NCBI GenBank assembly: GCA_965203315.1 | Contig: OZ241857.1 | Span: forward strand, 736,001 to 800,000 | Reading direction: 5' to 3' | DNA length: 64,000 bases | Origin: Nitrosopumilus sp. | Lineage (GTDB): Archaea; Thermoproteota; Nitrososphaeria; Nitrososphaerales; Nitrosopumilaceae | Part shown: in pieces, positions 55,000-64,000 of the stretch | Position numbering within the stretch: position 1 is the stretch's first letter | Layout of the letters: each line of letters opens with the position of its first letter | Notes under the pieces: generated by a model | What the model saw: only the letters and a program-made list of their open reading frames with translations | Told to the model about the DNA's origin: nothing | Database searches by the model: none | Program-made: the position numbers and the translations under genes

Positions 55000-55167
55000 T
55001 ACTCTGATTCACGACTATTGTGTATAGCTTACGCTAGGGATGTGTTCCCATGTAAAGGACTGCGAACATATATCCATTCGAGTGGTTAACTCAGTATCAT
55101 TCTTCGTCCATTCGTCAAAATCTGTACATTTAACTTGCCGAGTGATATCTCAAACAGAACCCGTACG
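55000..55167 (-). ncRNA. Putative bridge RNA (boundaries approximate)
   Basis: Non-coding region 3' of recombinase containing GTAC-GGGTTCTGTT-hairpin-CGGCAAGTTAAA-T-GTAC, which matches both halves of the insertion target. Confidence 0.7.
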
Positions 55168-56304
55168 TTAATGATTTCGACTACAATGTGTGACATAATC
55201 ATCCCTATCTATAAGCATATGGTACATCAATCGGAGTAGCTTGGAGGCAGTTGCAACAGTTGCCTTGCTTGTCACGCGTCTCTTTTTAATTCTAGTATAA
55301 AATTTTGTAATGTAGCTATGGGGTTCACATTTTATGTGTACATGAACTGCTTCGGTCAATGCCCATCTAAGTATTTTATCACCTTTCCTCGTTATACGTC
55401 CGTGATTTTGTTTACCAGCTGAATTGCGAACAGACGGCACTATTCCTGCATACGAACACATTTTGCGTACATTTGGGAATCTCTTGACATCTCCAATGCT
55501 GGATATTACAACAAGTGCAACAAAGTTTCCAACTCCCGGAATTGTCTTTAACAACTGCGCATCATGTGATCTCTTTACTTCTTTATGCATTTTAATATCC
55601 AACTGTCGAATCTTTTCGTCAGAGAGGTTTATCATGTCCAAATAGTTATCTATTCTATAATCCTCGAGTTTCTTCAATTCCTCTCTAAATGACTTGCTAA
55701 AACTTGAACCAGGTATTTTAATTCCATATTGCAGTAATATCCCATGTATAAGATTCTTGTATCGCGTTCTTCCTTTTACAATTATATCTCTATGTCGAAC
55801 CAACTGTTTCAATTTAACAATGTATTCACTAGGAACAAAACAAGGCGAGATATAATTTCCTCTTAAAAGATCTGCCAGTGTCCATGCATCCACCTTGTCT
55901 GTCTTTTTCTTTGATTCTGCAATAGCCTTTGTTTGATATGGATTCGATAACACTACACCAAATCCCAATTCATCTGTCAAGTATCTATACAACCAATACC
56001 ATACTGACGATGACTCCATCACACAACGTGTATTGAGTGGTGTAAACTGCGCAAAGAATTTTTTTAGACTGTCATGATCTGTGGCAACACGCTCATTGAG
56101 TAGACGCTTGCCATCCTGATCCATTGCTGCAATTTGCAGAAATCTCTTATGTGCATCTATTCCGATATAGATCATCTTGTTTTTACTTTTTGGATGGGTA
56201 ATCTGTTTGTTTGCATTTCCTCTTTTAGATCGCTTTACAGATGATCGCTTGGATCGACCTGCATGCTTTGTATCATCTGAATGTACTCTGATCGACTTCT
56301 TCAC
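55168..56304 (-). CDS. IS110-family DEDD recombinase, intact
   Basis: IGIDAHK, VMES, KTDKVDA (DEDD); TIPGVG, PSVRNSAG catalytic Ser region, RITRKG. Confidence 0.95.
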   Translation of the reverse strand: MKKSIRVHSDDTKHAGRSKRSSVKRSKRGNANKQITHPKSKNKMIYIGIDAHKRFLQIAAMDQDGKRLLNERVATDHDSLKKFFAQFTPLNTRCVMESSSVWYWLYRYLTDELGFGVVLSNPYQTKAIAESKKKTDKVDAWTLADLLRGNYISPCFVPSEYIVKLKQLVRHRDIIVKGRTRYKNLIHGILLQYGIKIPGSSFSKSFREELKKLEDYRIDNYLDMINLSDEKIRQLDIKMHKEVKRSHDAQLLKTIPGVGNFVALVVISSIGDVKRFPNVRKMCSYAGIVPSVRNSAGKQNHGRITRKGDKILRWALTEAVHVHIKCEPHSYITKFYTRIKKRRVTSKATVATASKLLRLMYHMLIDRDDYVTHCSRNH

Positions 56305-56797
56305 ATATGGTTAACTTAACGGGGGGTCGATAGTTTTCATGCAACATTCTCTAAAAATTTTACAAGTTATGAAAAATGGTTAGAACATCCATTGTAGATT
56401 ATTGCTGTTTTAAGTTGCATACAGTACGTTTCTTGAAATATCTGCATCTTAATCTTAACCCCCCGATAAGTTAAAAGAACCCAAACGACTATACAATTCA
56501 AAGAGGGATTCCACAAAAATGTCATGAACCGTCAAGAGCTAATCTATAGATTCCTTACTCGGAGCAACTAACAAATTATAGAACTTGATCGATCGTATCT
56601 TGAATGATATTCAAGACAATCCATCAAATATCATGTGATGCTCCACCACTCATCATAGTGTAAATTCAATGAAACTGTAGATCACAGATTGATTGAGGAT
56701 AACGATCTAGATTATAATCGCCTTGATCTATTGCTTCAATACATGTTATTGAACACAAGATAAGCATCTACAAGCTTTTGATGAGAATATCAATAAC

Positions 56798-59700
56798 ATG
56801 AATAACGAAATAGGACGAAAAACAACTAGTTTAATACTAATGACGATAATGGTCGCAGGCGGACTGACCTTTGCTATACCAAGCACGGAGCCAGTATACG
56901 CCCAGTCGACACCAAATCTATACGTCTCAGCTGCTGATCCAAATGGATACGGAGCTAGATTCGACAACACCTTTGGCGGTATACAGTATGTAGAGGTCAT
57001 CGTAAGTGATCCGTTACTAACCGATCCAAATGATGCTATGCCAAGAGTCACAGTCAATGATGATCCACTCCATTTACAACATGGTGGTGACGGTTCTTGG
57101 TATGGCTACTTTGCAGATAAAGAACGAGACGGTAATGGAGATGGTACTATTGGCGGTAGCGCTGTCGGTGATGTTAACAATGATCAACAAAAATTTAGAA
57201 ATGCGTTTCTCAGTGAGCTACCATACCAGAGAGGCAGTACAGATGACAAGATACTCATCACTAATGCCGACAATGTTGAACACGTAAAGTATCTTGAACT
57301 TGATGATGGGGACGAAGTTGACGTTGTTTATCACAAGGCTGGAAATCCTCAGACAGTAACCGTGACATACGACACGTCTAAAAACAATTCAATCGAGCTA
57401 GATCGAGACTTTTACCCAAGAGGCGCAAATGTCTATCTAACGATCACAGATCACATACTAAACGTCGACCCAACTGAGAAAGACTTTGTACATCTGATGC
57501 TCCAGACTACCACGGGTGTTACTGATGGTAAGATGCGTATCGCTTATCAGCACAGTACTAATCCTGCCACTACTGAGACGTTCAGAACAGATACCGGTAC
57601 ACTTGGGTGTGAAGATGATTGTATACTCGAGGTACCTATGGGCGATATGGAAAAGGTACTTGATGTTAAATTAAATACTCATAGCGCTAATACTGTCGTG
57701 GGACTCAAATTCGAAGAGACCGGACCAAACACCGGTATCTTTGAACTTGCAGACAATGGCGGATCAATAAAGATCAAAGACGATGCTCCACGAGGAACAA
57801 ACACCGTAATCACATACGACAAAGATGATACTGTCGCAGTAAACCTACGACTTACATCTGCTACAGTAAACCTCGATATCGATGACGGCACATGGAACTC
57901 TGGCGAAAAGATCGACTTAACCATAGTCGATGCAGATCAAAACAAAGACAGTGATGCAGAAGATGATCAAACGATAATCAATCCAGACGCAAGAATTCCA
58001 ATATTCATGACTGGAGATCCACATACTCTGGCAGATGGAAAAAATGCTACAATATATGCATATACTGGAGGCAATAAATTTACTGCTTATTCAACAGTAA
58101 CTGGAACTAACGTACATGCTCTAAACTATACCGTAGATGACAGTCATAGAGGAATTATATCATCTTTTGAAACTAAAACAGTCAAGAGAATTGCTATTCC
58201 TCTAGGAACATTAGGAGATCTCCACGAGTCAATAAACGATGATGATCTCAACGGTACAGGTAACTTTACTGGACGCAACATATTCCACTATGACTATCGT
58301 ATCTTTGACAGAAATGACATAACAACTGAACTGTTACTACTTGACAATAGCAGAAGTGTACTTCGTGCCGGAACCATCATGGTTACTGCTGCAGCACTAC
58401 CATATGACGTTAAGGCCGATGTGAGAGATCTAACGGGTTGGTTTATTGCTGAAATTAATGGAGGCAACTATGATCAATCTACTGATCTCAGATTATCTAG
58501 TTCAGAATTGATGGCAGAGAATATCAACAACAACACTCCGGTCATACTATCGCTGAATTTCGGTACTCCATTTGAGTTGAAAGGTGGAACGGAATATCCC
58601 ATAGTCGCAGATTTCTTCTCGTATGGATTCTATAACGATGGCGCACAAGCAGGCGAGAGAGTTGCGAACCAAATAATACGAGTCGAGGTCGAAGAGACTG
58701 GTGAGAACACTAGCACCTTTACAGGAACACTCGAGTACATCATGGTAAATCAACTCGACATGATCGTGACCGATACTGCTGTAACGACAGGAACTGGTAA
58801 TAGCATAACGTATCCAAAGACAGACTACATATTCGATAGTATCACACCAACAGGCAACGAAGTCAAATTCATCGCCTTTGAAGACATCACTGGTTCTGAC
58901 GCGCGAGTAAACTATGCAGACATGGACTCTAACGGCAACATGGCTGTGGTCTCTGACCAACAAGATATCGCAACCTCTAGTGGTGTGGTATCTCTGAACG
59001 CAGAGACATACAGTGTAGGCAGCAATGTCGTTATAACACTAGAGGACGCAGACTTGAACACAGATCCTGACAGAGCAGATACCTATACTGTAGTGAGGGA
59101 CAACGCCAACGCGGATCCAGATAGAGATCAAGTGGGCAAAGATGTAACCAATACCGGTAACAAAACACATGATATCATGTACGAGTCTCTACTACCAGGT
59201 GGTAACTCGTTAGGAATGCTCCTAGAGGTAACCATTGGTGGTGAGAGATGGAAATCTGGCGCATGTAGCCTAGATGATGGAGTTCAGAACGGACTAGGTA
59301 AAACAGGATTCACTCTACAAGAGACCGGACCCAGCACAGGAGTCTTTACAGGTTCATTTTCTGTACCAAAAGAGGTATGCATGGGATCTGACAAACTATC
59401 TGTAAGCGGCAAAGACATTGGTGTAACATATCTAGACTTTAGAGATGCATCTGGTCAGATAGTCACAGCAGGTGACTCTGCATCGATTGGTGCAAGTACA
59501 GGCTCTGTATCTCTAGATAGAACTGTATATCCAGTCCCATATGGTCAGGGTACAGCAGGTTCTTCTAGAGCCCTAGACATGGCCGGAGCAAATCTTGCAG
59601 GCGGTACAGTCAAAGTCTATGTTCAAGTAAACGACCCAGATTACAACTTGAATCCTACAGGCGAGGACAAGATCGAGGACGAGGACGGAAATGGTCCAGT

Positions 59701-61639
59701 AAAGATCACGATCTCCCGCAGTGGTGACGAGTGTCTAATAGGTCACGCAGGCGGTGAGACATCAGTCGCAACCGACGAGATCAGTAGATTGATGCAAGAT
59801 CGAGATACAAAGAGAGATCTCTATAATGCAGACAAGACAAACACTGACAAACAGACAGCATATCTCTTGGCACAACTAAAGTATGATAATGCTAGAAGTA
59901 CAGGTGGTGCATGCCCGGTTCCAGAACCGTTTGGTGCTCTAACAGAGACATCTCCTGAATCAGGAGTGTTCGAAGTAAGCTTTGATCTATCTTACAAGAT
60001 AGGACCAAGCAGTACCGACTGTCCAAATGATGGTAACTGTATCCTACAAGGTGACATACTCACCGTACAGTACAACGACACAACAGACGCTTCTGGTAAT
60101 CCACGTACAGTCACAGACTCTGCTACCTTTGATCTACGAAACGGTGCTCTACAGACAGACAAGTCTGTATATGTGATAGGCTCGGACATGATCGTAACAC
60201 TCATCGATCCAGACCTTGATCTAGACAGCGGTACACGCGAAACATACACACTTGATCTGATCAAGTGGGACTCGGACGCAGGTACCAAGAATCTGAGTGA
60301 AGGTATATTCGATGCAGAACCAGGCTCTCTACGAGAGACTGGTCCTAGCACAGGTATCTTCCAAGTGGTCATATCTGTTCCCAAGGCCATAGACAACGAC
60401 AGACTAGAACGAGGCGAAGAGATCAAGCTAGAATACACCGACTATGGACCATCAGGTGCAGACTTTGTAGGTGATAACACAGAAGATATCGACAGAACGG
60501 TATTCACATCAAACTTTGGTGCTACAATAGAACTAGATCAAAGTGTATACAGTTGGACCGACAAGGTATTCATTACTGTAACAGCTCCTGATCACAACCT
60601 AAACACAAACCAAGTAGACGAGATTGGTGCTAATCCATATCCAGTGCGTGTTGCTACAAGATCCGACGACATTAAAAACTACAAACTCGTAGAGACAGGT
60701 ACAAACACTGGTATCTTTACAGGTGAAGTAATACTGACAGGATTCTCGTACGACGCAGACGGTGATCAAGATACAGGCGAAGATGGTAAAGACGTCACAG
60801 GTCGTACATGTGACACATGTAATGGACCAACCGATGGACTATTACCAACAGACAACGACGACGGACTCGAGGTATCATTCGAGTTCTCTGACGACGAGAC
60901 TGTTCGCAAGTCTGCTCTAATCCGTTGGAACATTGGTGAAGTTCAGTGGCTAGAAGCAAGTTATCCTGCTACAGCTACAGGCGTACTACGTGTAATCGAT
61001 CCCGACATGAACTTGAATCCAGAATCTGCAGACAACTTTGAGGTCAAAGTATGGTCTTCTAGTGCACCTAGTGGAATAACCCTTACAGTAACAGAGACTC
61101 AGCCAGCAAGTGGTATCTTTGAAGGTACTGTATTCTTTGGACTCTCTGTCCAATCAGGTGGTCACAAACTATCCACAGAAGAAGGAGACACAGTCACTGC
61201 AAAGTACAGCGACAACACTCTACCTGCTCCGTACAATACAGGCGACTCTGAAGACATCACTGCAACCACCATAATAGGAACAATAGTACCTCCTCTAGAA
61301 CGAGTAAAGATCGAGTCGTTGAGAATAGTAGACTCTACAGGTACAACACTCAGTACAGTATCAATAGATCAACAAGTCCAGATCACTGCAGATTTGACAA
61401 ACACACAAGACAAAGATCAACCATTTGCATACTTGGTACAAATTCAAGATAGCGATGGCGTTACAGTATCTCTGTCTTGGATTGATGGTTCACTAACACC
61501 ATCTCAGTCGTTTAGTCCATCTCAGTCTTGGATACCAACTGCACCAGGCGAATACACAATTACCGTATTTGCATGGGAGTCGTTGACTATACCAACTGCA
61601 CTATCACCACAACAGACAACAACAATAACTGTAAACTAG
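56798..61639 (+). CDS. Major S-layer protein (Nitrosopumilus Slp1 type)
   Basis: MNNEIGRKTTSLILMTIMVAGGLTFA signal; ETG..TG.F repeats; C-terminal Ig-like QPFAYLVQIQD...SPSQSWIP...PTALS. Confidence 0.9.
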   Translation: MNNEIGRKTTSLILMTIMVAGGLTFAIPSTEPVYAQSTPNLYVSAADPNGYGARFDNTFGGIQYVEVIVSDPLLTDPNDAMPRVTVNDDPLHLQHGGDGSWYGYFADKERDGNGDGTIGGSAVGDVNNDQQKFRNAFLSELPYQRGSTDDKILITNADNVEHVKYLELDDGDEVDVVYHKAGNPQTVTVTYDTSKNNSIELDRDFYPRGANVYLTITDHILNVDPTEKDFVHLMLQTTTGVTDGKMRIAYQHSTNPATTETFRTDTGTLGCEDDCILEVPMGDMEKVLDVKLNTHSANTVVGLKFEETGPNTGIFELADNGGSIKIKDDAPRGTNTVITYDKDDTVAVNLRLTSATVNLDIDDGTWNSGEKIDLTIVDADQNKDSDAEDDQTIINPDARIPIFMTGDPHTLADGKNATIYAYTGGNKFTAYSTVTGTNVHALNYTVDDSHRGIISSFETKTVKRIAIPLGTLGDLHESINDDDLNGTGNFTGRNIFHYDYRIFDRNDITTELLLLDNSRSVLRAGTIMVTAAALPYDVKADVRDLTGWFIAEINGGNYDQSTDLRLSSSELMAENINNNTPVILSLNFGTPFELKGGTEYPIVADFFSYGFYNDGAQAGERVANQIIRVEVEETGENTSTFTGTLEYIMVNQLDMIVTDTAVTTGTGNSITYPKTDYIFDSITPTGNEVKFIAFEDITGSDARVNYADMDSNGNMAVVSDQQDIATSSGVVSLNAETYSVGSNVVITLEDADLNTDPDRADTYTVVRDNANADPDRDQVGKDVTNTGNKTHDIMYESLLPGGNSLGMLLEVTIGGERWKSGACSLDDGVQNGLGKTGFTLQETGPSTGVFTGSFSVPKEVCMGSDKLSVSGKDIGVTYLDFRDASGQIVTAGDSASIGASTGSVSLDRTVYPVPYGQGTAGSSRALDMAGANLAGGTVKVYVQVNDPDYNLNPTGEDKIEDEDGNGPVKITISRSGDECLIGHAGGETSVATDEISRLMQDRDTKRDLYNADKTNTDKQTAYLLAQLKYDNARSTGGACPVPEPFGALTETSPESGVFEVSFDLSYKIGPSSTDCPNDGNCILQGDILTVQYNDTTDASGNPRTVTDSATFDLRNGALQTDKSVYVIGSDMIVTLIDPDLDLDSGTRETYTLDLIKWDSDAGTKNLSEGIFDAEPGSLRETGPSTGIFQVVISVPKAIDNDRLERGEEIKLEYTDYGPSGADFVGDNTEDIDRTVFTSNFGATIELDQSVYSWTDKVFITVTAPDHNLNTNQVDEIGANPYPVRVATRSDDIKNYKLVETGTNTGIFTGEVILTGFSYDADGDQDTGEDGKDVTGRTCDTCNGPTDGLLPTDNDDGLEVSFEFSDDETVRKSALIRWNIGEVQWLEASYPATATGVLRVIDPDMNLNPESADNFEVKVWSSSAPSGITLTVTETQPASGIFEGTVFFGLSVQSGGHKLSTEEGDTVTAKYSDNTLPAPYNTGDSEDITATTIIGTIVPPLERVKIESLRIVDSTGTTLSTVSIDQQVQITADLTNTQDKDQPFAYLVQIQDSDGVTVSLSWIDGSLTPSQSFSPSQSWIPTAPGEYTITVFAWESLTIPTALSPQQTTTITVN

Positions 61640-61645
61640 TTCAAA

Positions 61646-61669
61646 CCTTCTCTTTTTTTCTTTTTTTAT
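61646..61669 (+). terminator. T-rich archaeal terminator
   Basis: ccttctctttttttctttttttat right after the S-layer stop. Confidence 0.6.
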
Positions 61670-62348
61670 ATTTACATAATACAATATACACAATGCAGTT
61701 TGTACATAGTATAGCTGTATATCGCATGTAATACCATTCTGTCGGATACTATTGTTATTAACGTGATGATCTCTACTCGCTCATTCTTGACTCTTGCATT
61801 ATACAATACTGCTCATTCACGAGATACCTGATACGAGAGATCTGAACTCGGTATGTAGGACAATAGATTGTAAACATCACACTAAACTTTACACAGGCAC
61901 ATTGCACAGCCTGTGCAATTATACATGTTATTGATATTCTCATCAAGAGTTTGTATTTAAGCCTAATGAACAATTTGTTCATGTGCGGATTGTCTCGAGC
62001 AGAATATGTTGAATTCATAATCTGTCAATCTAGTCTCAAACTTGAGTGTTTCTACGAGAGCGTGTACAAACTACGTTTTGGAACTCGGCATGTTGTTTCT
62101 GTACAAATCCCAAACCTGTCACTCTACCAAAATATTCATCAGACAGAGCCCATCGATTTCTATTTTTAGAACTCCCGTACAGATCTTTTCATTTTACATA
62201 ATGTGTGTATTAAACATGTATGAGAAAACAACACATAGCTACAATGATGGCGCAATCCTAGATTTCGTATCTTGTTCTCACAAACTCTGCAATTAAACAA
62301 AACCCTTTCGAGATTCCCTAATATATGATGAATGTGCATACATTATTG

Positions 62349-62624
62349 ATGCTAGTAGACAAGAGGATCTTTATTGGCGGACTTGCAATGCTCATAGTAG
62401 GAATGGTACTAAGTATAGGTATTGCATCAACAATGCCAATTGGTCAGCAAGGCATGACAGAAGAAGAGGAACTAGACCTAGTACTTGCACAGCAAGAGAA
62501 TGAAGATTATACAACACTAGCAGGCATTCTAGTCGGTATTGGATTTCTGCTAATACTCATTAGTTTTGGAACGCGTAGAAGAAAAGGTAAAACTAAACGA
62601 GTCGAGAAGAAACCAGCAGAATAA
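62349..62624 (+). CDS. Small 2-TM membrane protein
   Basis: Two hydrophobic helices and basic tail. Confidence 0.7.
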   Translation: MLVDKRIFIGGLAMLIVGMVLSIGIASTMPIGQQGMTEEEELDLVLAQQENEDYTTLAGILVGIGFLLILISFGTRRRKGKTKRVEKKPAE

Positions 62625-62831
62625 GACAAATACTAGATCATCAATTAGATAATGAACGTTGTATATGCAAGACAGTACATAGAATCATTATCAGGATGAC
62701 AAATAAAATTGCGTACATATCTTGAGGACGTATGCTTTAGAGAGACAATATCGTGGAATATACATTACGATTTACAGTCACGAGTTATGTCTCATCATAG
62801 ATATTCGTTTTGTCGGACAATAGTAAATGAT

Positions 62832-63929
62832 CTAAAACTGCCTCAGTACTTTGAAATGTGTATTGCGCTGGGCAGGAGTACGTCCTATCTCTTTCACCAT
62901 AGTTGCGAGCTCATCCACAGAAGAGGTCGTAGGCTTGCCTGCAGATCTATAGATCTCTTCTGAGAAAGCTGTACCTACAAGATCATTTCCGCCGTTCGAT
63001 AATGCTACCTGTGCTAGTTTCTTTCCATAGGCAACCCAATAGATAGAGATGTTATCTAGTATACCAGTAAGCATCAAACGACACAATGCAATAATCTTGA
63101 GATCATATATCGACGAGCATTCAGTGCTTACCAGATTAGTCTCTTCAAGTTCAGTATTGTCTAAACTAAACTTTAATGGAATCATTGTGATAAAACCACC
63201 CGTCTTCTTTTGCAGTTCACGGATCTTTACTAGATGATCAACGATATGTTCGTGTTTTTCTATATGACCATACAACATGGTTACGTTACTTTGGATTCCA
63301 ATATCGTGTGCTTCTCGAATTACGTCGAGCCACTCTTGTCCGGTACACTTGCCACGAACGATCTTGGAACGTATATCAGGATGAAAGAGTTCTGCACCGC
63401 CACCGGGCATAGAGTTCAGACCAGCAGCCTTGAGGCGAGATAGAATCTCTTTTGTAGAATTCTTTGTGAGTTTGGACAGATAATAGATCTCGGCAGCTGT
63501 GAGTGCCTTGATGTTTAGATCAGGATGACTGGATTTGATTGTGCGCATCATCTCTTCATAATATTCCAATCCAAGTTTAGGGTGAAAACCGCCCACAATA
63601 TGCACCTCGGTTGCCCCCATATCACTTGCCATCGATACACGAGTCTTGATCTCTTGTGGAGATAGCGTGTACGCATCATCGTCTTCATCTTTTCTGTAAA
63701 ATGCACACATTTGGCAGCTTGCAGCGCAAACGTTAGTATAGTTCATGTAGTACGATGCTGCAAAAGTTACGACATCCCCTACAGTTCTCCTTCGTACAGA
63801 GTCAGCAACTGCGCCCAAGATATGCAGATTATCATAATCTAGCAACTCTAATCCATCGTTAAAACTTAGTTCTTGTCCTGCAATTACTCGCTCCAATGCA
63901 ACAGAGTCTCTCGCTAGATCTCTTAACAT
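62832..63929 (-). CDS. Radical SAM protein, CofH/MqnE family (aminofutalosine synthase-like)
   Basis: NYTNVCAASCQMCAF, EVHIVGG, MPGGGAE, TMLYGHIE. Confidence 0.85.
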   Translation of the reverse strand: MLRDLARDSVALERVIAGQELSFNDGLELLDYDNLHILGAVADSVRRRTVGDVVTFAASYYMNYTNVCAASCQMCAFYRKDEDDDAYTLSPQEIKTRVSMASDMGATEVHIVGGFHPKLGLEYYEEMMRTIKSSHPDLNIKALTAAEIYYLSKLTKNSTKEILSRLKAAGLNSMPGGGAELFHPDIRSKIVRGKCTGQEWLDVIREAHDIGIQSNVTMLYGHIEKHEHIVDHLVKIRELQKKTGGFITMIPLKFSLDNTELEETNLVSTECSSIYDLKIIALCRLMLTGILDNISIYWVAYGKKLAQVALSNGGNDLVGTAFSEEIYRSAGKPTTSSVDELATMVKEIGRTPAQRNTHFKVLRQF

Positions 63930-64000
63930 AAAAGAGGTTAGTTAGATCTAGTGATATATTCCTTTGACTAGATAGTCTCCTGTTGCGCATCATTAACAAA

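Larger units (their letters stand above)
54975..56310 (-). mobile_element. IS110/IS1111-type element
   Basis: Bounded by repeated tta core (54972-54974, 56311-56313); imperfect end IR ccatgtgaa / ttcacatatgg. Confidence 0.88.
54965..56481 (-). mobile_element. MITE A2 copy (54965-54974 plus 56311-56481) split by IS110
   Basis: Perfect 8-bp TSD caaacgac at 54957-54964 and 56482-56489; rejoined TIR ggttcttttaacttaacg matches the opposite end. Confidence 0.9.

Noticed and set aside
1728-61639. S-layer paralogs as a DGR template/variable-repeat pair
   Set aside because: No reverse transcriptase in the window, and differences are not adenine-specific and include large indels.
61670-62320. Long intergenic region after the S-layer gene as ncRNA or IS remnant
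   Set aside because: No TIRs, repeats, tRNA/rRNA signatures or convincing ORF found by eye.

Overview
64 kb of an archaeal chromosome. Gene content points to Thaumarchaeota (Nitrosopumilaceae): LysW pathway, dph5, archaeal ribL/ribK, trp operon, DPSL, truD, pth2, MqnE-like radical SAM and Nitrosopumilus-type S-layer genes. The heavy load of IS elements and MITEs suggests a possibly host-associated lineage (inference). Main observations: (1) an intact IS110/IS1111-type recombinase element (54975-56310) sits inside the terminal inverted repeat (TIR) of an IS6-like MITE. Its downstream non-coding region holds a recognisable bridge-RNA-like target loop that spells out the TIR of the most abundant MITE family in the window, and circularisation would build an archaeal TATA promoter. 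(2) Two mosaic S-layer genes lie in inverted orientation about 50 kb apart. One is frameshifted at a G12 tract in its signal peptide and ends in a domain shared with a third surface gene that has a G12 tract in its promoter: a candidate archaeal phase/antigenic variation system. (3) An AbiE toxin-antitoxin pair has both genes cleanly split by two different IS630 elements. There are also nested IS elements and several MITE families. All coordinates and alignments were read by eye.
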